64,000 bases of DNA from an uncultured Gemmatimonadaceae bacterium (GCA_964557115.1 CAZKYO010000015.1:1063-65062), one strand, 5' to 3'; positions 44,489-54,177 are shown, numbered from the stretch's first letter. Made by a program: numbers and translations. The notes: generated from the sequence alone by a model not told the origin.

Positions 44489-45868
44489 GTGACCGGTCCC
44501 CGGCACCTTGCCGTCGTCGGTGGCGGGCTGGGTGGCCTGCTCGCGGCCCACGAGGCCCTCCGCCGCGGCTGCCGGGTGACCGTCCTGGAGGCGTCCGACC
44601 GCCCGGGCGGGATGGTCGAGTCGGCGCGCCCGGACGGCTGGGTGGTGGACACCGGTGCCACGACGATCGGCGGCGCCCACCCCAGGGTCATGGCGCTGCT
44701 CGATGCCCTCGGGATGGCCGAGTGCCGGGTCGTCGCCGACCCGCGCGGTCGCCGCCGGTACCTCGTGCATCGGGGACGCCTGGCCCCCGTGCCGGAGACA
44801 CCGGCGGAGATGGTCGCGTCGCCCCTCCTCTCGGTCGCGGGTCGGCTCCGGATGCTCAAGGAGCCGTTCGTCGCCCGCGGTGGCGACCCCGACGAGACGG
44901 TCGCGGCGTTCGCCCGTCGGCGCTTCGGGGAGGAAGCGGCGGCGCACTTCTTCGATCCCCTCGTCGTCGGCACCTCGGGGGGCGACCCGGAGCAACTGCT
45001 CGCCTCGGCGGCGTTTCCCCAGCTGGTGCGATTCGAGCGCACGGCCGGCTCGATCCTGAAGGGTCGGATGCGGGCCGCGCGCACCGCCCGGCGTGAGGGC
45101 AAGCCCTCGGTCGGCGCATGGAGCTGCCGGGAGGGTCTCGACACGCTCCCGGCGCGACTCGCCGCCGCGCTCGGCTCCTCCTGGCGGCCGGGTGCCCGGG
45201 TGGACCGGGTCGCCTCCGCTGGCGATGTGGTGCAGATCGGTCTGGCGTCGGGGGAGACCGTGGAGGCGGACGCCGCGGTGGTGACGGTGCCGGCCACCGC
45301 CCTCGCGGCGATCCGCTGGACGCTCGACGGCGCCGACGCGCTCGGGGCACTGGGGGCGATGCCGCACGCCTCGCTGGCCACGGTGTCGCTCGGCTTTCCC
45401 CGCGACGCGGTGGCGCACCCGCTGGACGGCCACGGCCTCTTGGCCGCGAGTGGCGAGCGGCGCCGGTTCCTCACGGTGCTGTTCACCAGCACGCTGTTCC
45501 CCCACCGGGCCCCGGCGGATCAGGTGCTGCTCACCGCGACGTTCGGCGGGGTGCGGCATCCGACCGACGCCGCGCTCGATGACGATGCCCTCGTGGCGCT
45601 CGCCCTCGAGGAACTCCGGCCGCTGCTTGGCGTGGGCGGCGTGCCGTCGCTCCGGATCGTCCGCCGCTGGCCGGCCGCGCTCCCGCTCGCGATGGCGGGT
45701 CATCGCGAGCGGTGTGCCGCGGTGGATGCGGTGGAGGAGTCGAGCCGGCGCGTCGCATTCAGCGGTGCCTGGCGGGACGGGCTGGCACTGGCCGACGTGA
45801 TGCGCGGCGCCATCGCCGCGGTGGACCGGCTGCTGGGCACGGAGCCGGCGCCGCCAGGGGAGGAATGA
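44489..45868 (+). CDS. hemY: FAD-dependent protoporphyrinogen oxidase-like (HemY/PPOX family)
   Basis: Dinucleotide fold LAVVGGGLGGLLAA...VTVLEASDRPGGMV and a C-terminal GAWRDGLALADVMRGA pattern. The start is uncertain (GTG at 44489, or the upstream TTG at 44360). Confidence 0.6.
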   Translation: MTGPRHLAVVGGGLGGLLAAHEALRRGCRVTVLEASDRPGGMVESARPDGWVVDTGATTIGGAHPRVMALLDALGMAECRVVADPRGRRRYLVHRGRLAPVPETPAEMVASPLLSVAGRLRMLKEPFVARGGDPDETVAAFARRRFGEEAAAHFFDPLVVGTSGGDPEQLLASAAFPQLVRFERTAGSILKGRMRAARTARREGKPSVGAWSCREGLDTLPARLAAALGSSWRPGARVDRVASAGDVVQIGLASGETVEADAAVVTVPATALAAIRWTLDGADALGALGAMPHASLATVSLGFPRDAVAHPLDGHGLLAASGERRRFLTVLFTSTLFPHRAPADQVLLTATFGGVRHPTDAALDDDALVALALEELRPLLGVGGVPSLRIVRRWPAALPLAMAGHRERCAAVDAVEESSRRVAFSGAWRDGLALADVMRGAIAAVDRLLGTEPAPPGEE

Positions 45869-45869
45869 C

Positions 45870-47234
45870 ATGTATCCCGTGATCAATCCGGCCACCGGGC
45901 ACGAGATTGCCCGGCACCCCGGCCACGACGCGACCGCCGTCCGCCGCCTGGCGACCGGGGCGACGGCCGCGTTCCCGCGGTGGTCGCGCCGCGACTTCGC
46001 CGCGCGCGGCGACGTGCTGCGGGCCGTCGCCGCCGGGCTGCGGCAGGAGTCGGATGCGCTGGCGCTGCTGATGACTCGCGAGATGGGGAAGCCGATCGCG
46101 CAGGGGCGCGCCGAGGTGGAGAAGTGCGCCTGGGTGGCGGAGCACTATGCCGAGCACGGGGCGGGGTACCTCGCCGACGCGTCGGTGGCGACCGAGCATC
46201 GCGAGGCGTTCGTCGCCTGCCGGCCGCTCGGTTGCGTGCTCGCGGTGATGCCCTGGAACTTCCCGCTGTGGCAGGTCTTCCGGGCCGCCGCCCCGGCGCT
46301 GATGGCCGGCAACGTGATGCTGCTCAAGCATGCCTCGAACGTGCCGGGGACGGCGCTCGCGATCGAGCGGCTCTTTCGCCAGGCCGGCGCGCCCGAGGGG
46401 ACGTTCACGACGCTGCTCGTGGACAGCGACGCGGTGCGTCGCCTGATCCGGTCGCGCGACGTGCAGGCGGTGACGCTCACCGGCAGCACCGCCGCGGGGC
46501 GGGCGGTCGGGCGCGAGGCCGGCGCCCGCCTCAAGAAGACGGTGCTCGAGCTCGGCGGCAGCGATCCCTACGTCGTGCTCGCCGATGCCGACGTCGCCCT
46601 GGCCGCCGAGACGTGCGCGCGCTCCCGGTTGATCAACAGCGGGCAGAGCTGCATCGCCGCGAAGCGCTTCATCGTGGTGGACGCGGTGCGCGAGGCGTTC
46701 ACGGATCGCTTCGTCGCCGCGATGGCCGCGGCGCGGGTCGGCGATCCCGAGGTCGAGGCCACGCAGGTCGGCCCGCTGGCGCGCGTCGACCTGCGCGACC
46801 AACTGCACGACCAGGTGGTGCGCAGCGTGGCGAAGGGGGCGCGGCTGCTGCTGGGCGGCACGGTGCCGCCGCGGCCCGGCGCGTGGTATCCGCCGACGGT
46901 GCTCGACCAGGTGTCGCGCGCGTCGCCGGCCTGGCGCGAGGAGCTGTTCGGCCCGGTCGCGGCGATCATTCCGGTGCGCGACGAGCGCGCCGCCATCCGC
47001 GCCGCGAACGCGACGACGTTCGGGCTCGGCGCGGCGGTCTTCACGCGCGATGCGGCGCGCGGCCGCCGCATCGCGCGCGACGAGCTGCGCGCCGGGAGCT
47101 GCGCGGTGAACGGCCTGGTGGCCTCCGATCCCCGGTTGCCGTTCGGCGGGATCGGCGAGAGCGGCCACGGTCGCGAGCTGGGACGCGAGGGCATCCGCGA
47201 GTTCGTCAACGTGAAGAGCATCGTCGTGGCGTGA
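45870..47234 (+). CDS. NAD(P)-dependent aldehyde dehydrogenase (succinate-semialdehyde dehydrogenase-like)
   Basis: VMPWNFPLWQ, ELGGSDP and NSGQSCIAAKRF (catalytic Cys), PFGGIGESG. Confidence 0.85.
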   Translation: MYPVINPATGHEIARHPGHDATAVRRLATGATAAFPRWSRRDFAARGDVLRAVAAGLRQESDALALLMTREMGKPIAQGRAEVEKCAWVAEHYAEHGAGYLADASVATEHREAFVACRPLGCVLAVMPWNFPLWQVFRAAAPALMAGNVMLLKHASNVPGTALAIERLFRQAGAPEGTFTTLLVDSDAVRRLIRSRDVQAVTLTGSTAAGRAVGREAGARLKKTVLELGGSDPYVVLADADVALAAETCARSRLINSGQSCIAAKRFIVVDAVREAFTDRFVAAMAAARVGDPEVEATQVGPLARVDLRDQLHDQVVRSVAKGARLLLGGTVPPRPGAWYPPTVLDQVSRASPAWREELFGPVAAIIPVRDERAAIRAANATTFGLGAAVFTRDAARGRRIARDELRAGSCAVNGLVASDPRLPFGGIGESGHGRELGREGIREFVNVKSIVVA

Positions 47235-47250
47235 ACGCGACGCCCGCGGG

Positions 47251-49542
47251 TTGCCCTCGGGGGACATCGGCCTAGGTTGCGATTCGCCCCTGACGTCCCT
47301 CGCGGGGAGGATCGCCATCGTCACGCTGCTCGCCACCGACCTCGACGGAACCTTTCTCGGCGGCCGCCAGGCCGACCGCCTCGCCCTGTACCGCGCGCTC
47401 CGAGCGCGCGACGACGTGCGGCTCGTGTTCGTCACCGGGCGCGGCGTCGAGACCGTCCTGCCGCTCCTCGGCGATCCGCTGATCCCCGATCCCGAGTTCA
47501 TCATCGCCGACGTCGGCGCGACGATCGTCGCCGCGGAGGGATTGCGGCCGGTCCCCGAGATCCAGTGGCCGATCGATCGCGCCTGGGTCGGCGCGGATGC
47601 GGTGCTCGACGCGGTCGGCCACCTCGAGGGGCTCGAGCGACAGCCGGTGCCGCAGGAGCGTCGGGTGTCGTTCTACGTGACGGACGACGCGATGGAGGCC
47701 GAGGTGCGGCGCCGGGTCGCGGGGCTCGAGGTGGACGTGCTGCGCTCCGCGGACCGGTATCTCGACGTGCTGCCGCGCGGCGTGAGCAAGGGAAGCACGC
47801 TGCGGCACCTCGTCGCCCACCTCGGGACGCCCGACGCGGCCGTCCTCGTCGCGGGCGACACGCTGAACGACCTCTCGCTCTACGAGACGGGATTCCCCGG
47901 CGTGGTCGTCGGCCAGGCCGAGCCGGCGCTTGTCGCGGCGACGCGGGACCGCGCCACGGTGCACCAGGCCAGCGCGGCGGGCGCGGGCGGGATCCTCGAG
48001 GCGCTCCGGCTGCGGACCCCGGGCGATCGGTTCGCCGCGTCCCGACGGCTGCCGCCGTCGGGTGATGCGCAGCTGGTCGTCGTGTACCATCGACTGCCGT
48101 TCGAGGAGCGGTTGGAGGACGGCGTCGTGACGCGCCGGGCCCACACCTCCCCGAACGGGATCATCCCGACCCTGCTGGGCTGCTTCGAGGGCGGCCGCCC
48201 GGGGTCGTGGGTCGCCTGGTCGACCCACCACGCGCCGCACGCGACCGCGCCGACACACGCGCTGGTCGACGAGGAGCGTTTTCCCAACCTCGTGGCGGCC
48301 AAGGTCCCGCTCGAGCCGGACGACGTGGAGCGCTTCTACAAGAAGTTCTCCAAGGAGGCGTTCTGGCCGGTGATCTTCTCGTTCGTCGACCGGGCGCAGT
48401 TCCGCGCGGCGGACTGGGAGCACTTCGTGGGGGTCAACCGGCGCTTCGCCGAGGCGGCCGCCGCGGAGGCCGACGAGGGCGCGCTGGTGTGGATCCACGA
48501 CTACAACCTCTGGATGGTGCCCGGCTTCCTGCGGCTGATCCGGCCGGACGTCCGGATCGGCTTCTTCCATCACACCGCGTTCCCCGCCGCCGACGTGTTC
48601 AACGTGATCCCCTGGGCGAGCCAGATCATCGGGTCGCTCGCGCAGTGCGACCACGTCGGGTTCCACGTCCCGCGCTACGCCGCGAACTTCCTCGACGCGC
48701 TGCGGTCGCACGTGCCGACGGAGGTGCTCGAGGCCGAGCCGTGCGCGCCGCGCTTCCGGGTGCACGGCGTGGCGCTGTCGATCCCGCGGATGCCGACGCG
48801 GCTCCGGACCGGCGAGCGGGAGCTCACGCTGGGGGCGCACCCGGTGGGGGTGAACGTCCGCGCGGTGCGCGCGGTGCTCGCGAGCCCGGCACGGCGGGAG
48901 CGCGTGACCGCGGTCGCCGGACGGTTGCGGGGGACCCGGATGGTGCTCTCGGTCGAGCGCCTCGACTACGTGAAGGGTCCGCTGCAGAAGCTGGAGGCGT
49001 TCGAGCGGCTGCTCGAGCGGCATCCCGGGCACCGCGGGGCGGTCTCGCTGGTGTTCGTCACGACCCCGCCGGCGCCGGGCATGGAGATCTACGACGAGGT
49101 GCGCGAGGCGGTGGACCAGGCGGTCGGCCGGATCAACGGGCGCTTCGGCTCGATCGAGTGGACGCCGATCCACTACCTCTTCCGCACCCTGCCGTTCGAC
49201 GAGGTCGTGATCCAGTGCGCGGCGGCCGACGTGGCGTGGATCACGCCGCTCCGTGACGGGCTGAACCTCGTGGCCAAGGAATTCGTGATGGCCCAGGGCG
49301 CGGTGGACGGCGCCGGCGTGCTGCTGCTCAGCGAGTTCGCGGGCGCCGCGGTGGAACTGCACGGCGCGCTGCTCACCAACCCGTACGACCTCGAGGGGAT
49401 GGCCGAGGGACTCCACCAGGCGCTGACGCTGCCGGAGGAGGAGCGGCGCCAGCGGATGCGGCGGCTGGTCGAGGTGGTCGAGGGCCACGACGTCGACGAC
49501 TGGAGCCGCGGGTTCCTGGAGGCGCTGGCCGGGCACGGGTGA
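47251..49542 (+). CDS. Bifunctional HAD-IIB phosphatase / GT20 glycosyltransferase (glucosylglycerol-phosphate synthase/phosphatase-like; trehalose-6-P synthase family)
   Basis: N-terminal LLATDLDGTF...VFVTGR...VAGDTLNDL HAD motifs. The GT20 part has YHRLPFEE, SPNGIIPTL, SKEAFWPV, WIHDYNLWMVPG, FFHHTAFP, GFHVPRY, VERLDYVKG and ITPLRDGLNLVAKEF. TTG start. Confidence 0.75.
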   Translation: MPSGDIGLGCDSPLTSLAGRIAIVTLLATDLDGTFLGGRQADRLALYRALRARDDVRLVFVTGRGVETVLPLLGDPLIPDPEFIIADVGATIVAAEGLRPVPEIQWPIDRAWVGADAVLDAVGHLEGLERQPVPQERRVSFYVTDDAMEAEVRRRVAGLEVDVLRSADRYLDVLPRGVSKGSTLRHLVAHLGTPDAAVLVAGDTLNDLSLYETGFPGVVVGQAEPALVAATRDRATVHQASAAGAGGILEALRLRTPGDRFAASRRLPPSGDAQLVVVYHRLPFEERLEDGVVTRRAHTSPNGIIPTLLGCFEGGRPGSWVAWSTHHAPHATAPTHALVDEERFPNLVAAKVPLEPDDVERFYKKFSKEAFWPVIFSFVDRAQFRAADWEHFVGVNRRFAEAAAAEADEGALVWIHDYNLWMVPGFLRLIRPDVRIGFFHHTAFPAADVFNVIPWASQIIGSLAQCDHVGFHVPRYAANFLDALRSHVPTEVLEAEPCAPRFRVHGVALSIPRMPTRLRTGERELTLGAHPVGVNVRAVRAVLASPARRERVTAVAGRLRGTRMVLSVERLDYVKGPLQKLEAFERLLERHPGHRGAVSLVFVTTPPAPGMEIYDEVREAVDQAVGRINGRFGSIEWTPIHYLFRTLPFDEVVIQCAAADVAWITPLRDGLNLVAKEFVMAQGAVDGAGVLLLSEFAGAAVELHGALLTNPYDLEGMAEGLHQALTLPEEERRQRMRRLVEVVEGHDVDDWSRGFLEALAGHG

Positions 49543-49655
49543 ACCGGGCACTGAATCGGAAGCGCGGCGCTCGGGTTTGCGTCGCGTCGCGGCTGCCCCG
49601 CATGCCGTCTGCACCATAGATTTCGGTTCCCAGGCCCATCCTCCCGGAGACCCCG

Positions 49656-50141
49656 ATGAACGGCGCGCACCTGCATCTCGCGGTCAACCATCTCCCGCTG
49701 TTCGCGATCCTCTTCGCGCTGGCGTGCTTCGTCGTCGCGCTGTTGCGCCCGGCGCTGCCGGTGGTGCGGCGTGCCGGCCTGGTGCTGCTTGTCGTCGGCG
49801 GCCTGGGTGCCGGCGCCTCGTACCTCACCGGGGAGCCGGCGGAGGACGTGGTGGAGGACCTGCCGGTGGTGACGCGCGGCTTGATCCACGAGCACGAGGA
49901 GAGCGCGGAATGGGCGCTGATCGTGTGCGGCGCGGCGGGCGTGCTGGCGCTGGGGATGCTGTGGCGACGTCGCGGCCAGGCGATCGATCGCGGGACGACG
50001 CTCGCGGGCACCGCGCTCGCCGTATTCGCGTTCGCGGTGCTGGCGCGGACGGCGCTGCTCGGCGGCTACATCCACCACCAGGAGCTGCGGCCCGCCGGCA
50101 TGGCGGCGGAGGCGGGCGGCGGCGCGCCGGACGTCGACTAG
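49656..50141 (+). CDS. Hypothetical membrane protein (4 predicted TM helices)
   Basis: MNGAHLHLAVNHLPLFAILFALACFVV and three further hydrophobic helices. High GC3. Confidence 0.5.
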   Translation: MNGAHLHLAVNHLPLFAILFALACFVVALLRPALPVVRRAGLVLLVVGGLGAGASYLTGEPAEDVVEDLPVVTRGLIHEHEESAEWALIVCGAAGVLALGMLWRRRGQAIDRGTTLAGTALAVFAFAVLARTALLGGYIHHQELRPAGMAAEAGGGAPDVD

Positions 50142-50175
50142 GCGTCACCCGCGCACCGGCGCCCCGGACCCGGCA

Positions 50176-50379
50176 TCAGTCGTCGAGAACGAAGGTGACT
50201 TTCAGGATCACCCGGTACTTCACGATCTTGCCCTTCTCGATGACGAGCTTCTGGCTCTCGATCCAGGCCCCCGACACGTTGCGCAGCGTCTTGTCGGCGC
50301 GCTGGATCCCCTGGGTGATTGCGTCATCAAAGGACATCTTGGAATCGCAGATGAGCTCGGTGACCTTGGCGACGGACAT
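50176..50379 (-). CDS. Dodecin family flavin-binding protein
   Basis: The 67-aa MSVAKVTELICDSKMSFDDAITQGIQRADKTLRNVSGAWIESQKLVIEKGKIVKYRVILKVTFVLDD matches the dodecin fold pattern. ORF trimmed to the ATG at 50379. Confidence 0.75.
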   Translation of the reverse strand: MSVAKVTELICDSKMSFDDAITQGIQRADKTLRNVSGAWIESQKLVIEKGKIVKYRVILKVTFVLDD

Positions 50380-50531
50380 GAGGCTGCCTCCATGCAGGTT
50401 GAGTCCAGGGAACCTGCGGCATGACACCCATCAGGGCAACGAAGGGTCCCGCCCGTCCCGTCGCCTGCCGGCGCGTTAGTTTGGGGCGGTCCCCGATCGC
50501 TGCCTCCCTCCACTCGACTCCCCGGTGTCCC

Positions 50532-51830
50532 ATGCGACCTGACCTCCGTGCCTTCCGACCCGGCGCCCGGTGCGCCGTCCTCTCCGCCCTGATGGTGGTG
50601 GTCGCCGCGCGCGGCGCCGCCGCGCAGTCCGACGCCGCCCTCGAGGCGAAGGCCCGGGCGATCCACGGCCGCGTGCTGACCCTCGACACGCACGTGGACA
50701 TCTCGCCGGCCAATTTCCGGCTCGGGGAGGCGAACTACGCCGACCGGCTGCCGCGGACCCAGGTGGACCTGGCCAAGATGGAGGCCGGCGGCCTGGACGC
50801 CGCGTTCCTGATCGTCTACACGGGCCAGTCGGAGGACCTCACGGAGGCGGGCTTCGCCCGGGCGCACGCGCAGGCGATGGAGAAGTTCGCCGCGATCCAC
50901 CGGCTGGTGGACTCGATCGCGCCGGATCGTGCCGGACTGGCGCTCACGTCGGCCGATGCCCGCCGGATCCACGCCGCGGGGAAGCGGGTGATCTTCATCG
51001 GGGTCGAGAACGGCTACCCGATCGGGACCGACATCACCAACGTCGCGAAGTTCCAGGCGATGGGCGCCCGGTACATGTCGCTCGCGCACAACGGCCATTC
51101 CCAGCTCAGCGACTCCAACACCGGCGAGGCCGACGGCGTGTGGCTCCACCACGGCCTCTCGCCGCTGGGGCGCCAGGTGATCGCCGAGATGAACCGGGTC
51201 GGGATCATGATCGACATCTCGCATCCGTCGAAGGAGTCGATGATGCAGACGCTGGCGCTCACGAAGGCGCCGATCATCGCGTCGCACAGCGGCGTCCGCG
51301 CGATCTGCAACCATTCGCGGAACCTCGACGACGAGCAGCTGCGCGCCCTCGCGCAGAACGGCGGGGTGGCCCAGCTGGTGGCGTTCACCGGCTACGTGAA
51401 GTGCGACCCCGCCGTCGACGCGGCCCGCAACGCGGCACTGGACTCGCTCCGGACCGCGTACGGCGTCACCGGCCGCGGGCGCGGCGCGGCCCAGGCGGCC
51501 GTGGCCGCGCTGCCGGAGGAGCGGCGCGCGGCCTACCTCGCGGCGCAGGCGGCGATCCAGGCGCGCTACCCCGTCGCCACGGTGGCCGACTTCGTCGACC
51601 ACATCGACTACGCCGTCAAGCTGATCGGGATCGACCACGTGGGGATCGCCTCCGACTTCGACGGCGGCGGCGGGGTCGAGGGCTGGCGCTCCGCGGAGGA
51701 GACGCTGAACGTGACGAAGGAGCTGGTGCGCCGCGGCTACACCGAGGAGCAGATCGGCAAGCTGTGGAGCGGCAACCTGCTGCGGGTGCTCGACCAGGTC
51801 CAGCGGGTCGCGCAGCAGATGCAGAGCTAG
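50532..51830 (+). CDS. Membrane dipeptidase (peptidase M19, renal dipeptidase family)
   Basis: Signal peptide. Motifs HVDIS, SLAHNGHSQLSDS, IDISHPS, ASHSG and GIASDFDGGGG. Confidence 0.85.
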   Translation: MRPDLRAFRPGARCAVLSALMVVVAARGAAAQSDAALEAKARAIHGRVLTLDTHVDISPANFRLGEANYADRLPRTQVDLAKMEAGGLDAAFLIVYTGQSEDLTEAGFARAHAQAMEKFAAIHRLVDSIAPDRAGLALTSADARRIHAAGKRVIFIGVENGYPIGTDITNVAKFQAMGARYMSLAHNGHSQLSDSNTGEADGVWLHHGLSPLGRQVIAEMNRVGIMIDISHPSKESMMQTLALTKAPIIASHSGVRAICNHSRNLDDEQLRALAQNGGVAQLVAFTGYVKCDPAVDAARNAALDSLRTAYGVTGRGRGAAQAAVAALPEERRAAYLAAQAAIQARYPVATVADFVDHIDYAVKLIGIDHVGIASDFDGGGGVEGWRSAEETLNVTKELVRRGYTEEQIGKLWSGNLLRVLDQVQRVAQQMQS

Positions 51831-51841
51831 CCGGCGGGACA

Positions 51842-51901
51842 CCGGGAAGGCGACGGCCCCGGGAGCGACGCAGCTCGCCCCCGGGGCCGTCGCCTTCCCG
51901 G
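51842..51901. terminator. Bidirectional hairpin between convergent genes (perfect 22-bp inverted repeat)
   Basis: CCGGGAAGGCGACGGCCCCGGG (51842-51863) and its exact reverse complement (51880-51901), with a 16-nt loop. Confidence 0.6.
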
Positions 51902-51902
51902 T

Positions 51903-53423
51903 TCACCGCTTGCGGAGGCTGCGCTCCAGCACGCCCATCGCGCTCCGCACCAGCTGGGTGCCGATGTTCGAGATCGCCCGCGACTTGAGGACCTTCTCCA
52001 GCATCGTCGGCGGCGCCTTCGCGGAACGGCGCCCGCGGGGGGCGGGGCCGTCCTCGACCCCGACCGGCGCCTCGGCCCGGGCCTTGGCCTCGAGCGCCTC
52101 GAGGCGTTCCCTGGCGCTGTCGCGGTCGATTGCCTGCGCGTAGCGACGCACCTGCGGCGACAATCCGACCCTCCGGGCGAGCTCGGCCTCGTCCAGCGGC
52201 TGCATGCTCGCCGACGGCGCGAGGAGGTGGGTCGCGAACGGCGGCGTCGGGTTGCCCTTGGGCGTCAGGACCGTGATGATCGCCTGGCCCGTGCCGACGG
52301 TGGTCAGCAGCTCCTCGACGTCGTACCACGGCGTCTTCGGGAAGGTGCGCGCCGCCGCCCGCATCGCCTTCTCGTCGTCGGGCGTGAACGCCCGCAGCGC
52401 GTGCTGCACCCGGTTGCCGAGCTGGCCCAGGATGTCGGGCGGTACGTCGCGCGGGCTCTGGGTGCAGAAGAAGACCCCGACCCCCTTGGAGCGGATCAGC
52501 CGGATGATCTTCTCGACCTCCTCGCGGAACGCCTTGCTGGCGCCGTCGAACAGGAGGTGCGCCTCGTCGAGGAAGAAGACGAGCTTCGGCTTCGGGAGGT
52601 CGCCGACCTCGGGCAGGTCGAGGTAGAGCCGCGCGAGCATCCACATCATGAAGGTCGAGAAGAGCGCGGGCCGGTCCTGGCAGTCGCCGAGTTCGAGCAC
52701 CGAGATCACGCCGCGGCCGTCGCGGTCCAGCAGCAGGAGGTCGTCGAGGTCGAACTGCGGCTCGCCGAAGAACGCGGCGGCGCCCTGCTGCTCGAGCTCC
52801 ACCAATTCGCGGAGCAGCACCCCGACGGTCTGGCGGGACATCCCGCCGTAGTCCTTGAGCTCGTCGGCCCCCTCGCCGGTGAGGTACTGCAGCACCGCGC
52901 GCAGGTCGCCGAGGTCGAGCAGCAGCAGGCCGTGGTCGTCGCAGTACTTGAACACCATCGCGAGGACGCTCGACTGCGTCTCGTTGAGGCCGAGCACCCG
53001 GGCGAGCAGCAGCGGGCCGAACGAGGCCACCGTGGCGCGGAGCTGCGCCCCGCGCGCGCCGGTGAGCGAGAGGAACTCGACCGGGAAGCCGGCGGGCTGC
53101 CACGGCTGGCCGGTCGCCTTGGCGCGTTCGTCGATCTTCGGGTGGGGGGTGCCGGGTATCGCGAGCCCCGAGAGGTCGCCCTTGATGTCGGCGATGAAGA
53201 CCGGCACGCCGGCTGCCGAGAGCTGCTCGGCGATCAGCTGGAGGGTGCGGGTCTTGCCGGTCCCGGTCGCGCCGGCGACCAGCCCGTGGCGATTGAGCAT
53301 CGCCAGCGGCAGCCGCACCAGCGGCTCGGGGTCGATCTCGCCCTGCCGCATCGGCGCGCCGAGGGTGATCCCCTCGGTCGCGCCGAACGCGGCGCGGACG
53401 TCGTCGAGAAACCCCGCGTCCAT
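51903..53423 (-). CDS. DUF853 family (HerA/FtsK-like) P-loop NTPase
   Basis: Trimmed to the ATG at 53423 (MDAGFLDD). Walker A GATGTGKT, Walker B-like LVFFLDEAHLLF, conserved GVGVFFCTQSPRD. Confidence 0.8.
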   Translation of the reverse strand: MDAGFLDDVRAAFGATEGITLGAPMRQGEIDPEPLVRLPLAMLNRHGLVAGATGTGKTRTLQLIAEQLSAAGVPVFIADIKGDLSGLAIPGTPHPKIDERAKATGQPWQPAGFPVEFLSLTGARGAQLRATVASFGPLLLARVLGLNETQSSVLAMVFKYCDDHGLLLLDLGDLRAVLQYLTGEGADELKDYGGMSRQTVGVLLRELVELEQQGAAAFFGEPQFDLDDLLLLDRDGRGVISVLELGDCQDRPALFSTFMMWMLARLYLDLPEVGDLPKPKLVFFLDEAHLLFDGASKAFREEVEKIIRLIRSKGVGVFFCTQSPRDVPPDILGQLGNRVQHALRAFTPDDEKAMRAAARTFPKTPWYDVEELLTTVGTGQAIITVLTPKGNPTPPFATHLLAPSASMQPLDEAELARRVGLSPQVRRYAQAIDRDSARERLEALEAKARAEAPVGVEDGPAPRGRRSAKAPPTMLEKVLKSRAISNIGTQLVRSAMGVLERSLRKR

Positions 53424-53425
53424 GC

Positions 53426-53908
53426 TCAGTACGTCACGCTGAAGCTGCCGCTGCTCACCGACTTCTGGCCGGTGCCGGCCGTGCCGGGCTTGAACTGGCC
53501 GGTGAACTGGAACGTCCCCTCGATCCGGTTGCCCGACAGGGAGGTGAGCACGACCGTGCCGCTGCCCGGCGAGAGCGTGGTCGTCCAGCCGGAGGCCGCG
53601 CCGCCCTGCGACTGGATCACCTCGGCGTACTGGGTGGCGTTGTTCGGGTTGAGCGGGAAGGTCCCGGCGCCGACCACGTTCAGCAGGTTGAGGGTGATCG
53701 ACGTGGTCGTGTTGCCGGACGTCGCGGTGCCCTTGATGTTGAGGACGCCGCCGTTGAAGTGGACCTCGACGTCGCTGCTGCGCGGCGCGAAGCTGCCGCC
53801 ATCGACGGTGGCGGTCATGGTGCCTCCGCCACCCCCGTTCGAACCGGTGGAACTGCTGCTGCACGCGAAGAGGGCCAGGCCGGCGGAGAGGGCGAGGAAG
53901 CGCTTCAT
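53426..53908 (-). CDS. Hypothetical lipoprotein (all-beta, Gly/Thr/Ser-rich)
   Basis: Lipobox LALFACSS. Trimmed to the ATG at 53908. Its stop lies 2 nt from the DUF853 start. Confidence 0.55.
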   Translation of the reverse strand: MKRFLALSAGLALFACSSSSTGSNGGGGGTMTATVDGGSFAPRSSDVEVHFNGGVLNIKGTATSGNTTTSITLNLLNVVGAGTFPLNPNNATQYAEVIQSQGGAASGWTTTLSPGSGTVVLTSLSGNRIEGTFQFTGQFKPGTAGTGQKSVSSGSFSVTY

Positions 53909-54060
53909 GGGGTGCCTCGGGCTTGCGGGGGAGGTCGGTGGCGCACGCGCCATGGACGGAACCGAACCCCTTGATAGTTTCGCGAACGCCTTCCGGGGGC
54001 AAGCCCGGGATGGGTTCCGCGTTCCCGCCTCGGGGGCCCGCCCGTTATCTTCCGGCCTCC

Positions 54061-54133
54061 GGGGCGGTAGCTCAGCTGGGAGAGCACCTGCTTTGCAAGC
54101 AGGGGGTCGTGGGTTCGAGCCCCATCCGCTCCA
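54061..54133 (+). tRNA. tRNA-Ala (anticodon TGC)
   Basis: GGGGCGGTAGCTCAGCTGGGAGAGCACCTGCTTTGCAAGCAGGGGGTCGTGGGTTCGAGCCCCATCCGCTCCA. Cloverleaf with a 7-bp acceptor stem including the G3:U70 Ala identity pair and a CT-TGC-AA anticodon loop. CCA is not encoded. Confidence 0.95.
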
Positions 54134-54177
54134 TTGCCTCGCCCGGTCCTGCCACACCCCGAGCCCCGAGAGCGCCA

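Noticed and set aside
51903-53908. DUF853 (HerA/FtsK-like ATPase) plus a small lipoprotein as a possible anti-phage defence pair.
   Set aside because: DUF853/YjgR is a widespread stand-alone housekeeping-type ATPase. No nuclease, Sir2, TIR or other effector is adjacent, and the flanks are ordinary metabolic genes with no island features.
54061-54133. tRNA-Ala as an integration hotspot for a genomic island.
   Set aside because: No integrase, no repeat of the tRNA 3' end and no compositional shift were seen on either side. The flanking genes look like core functions.
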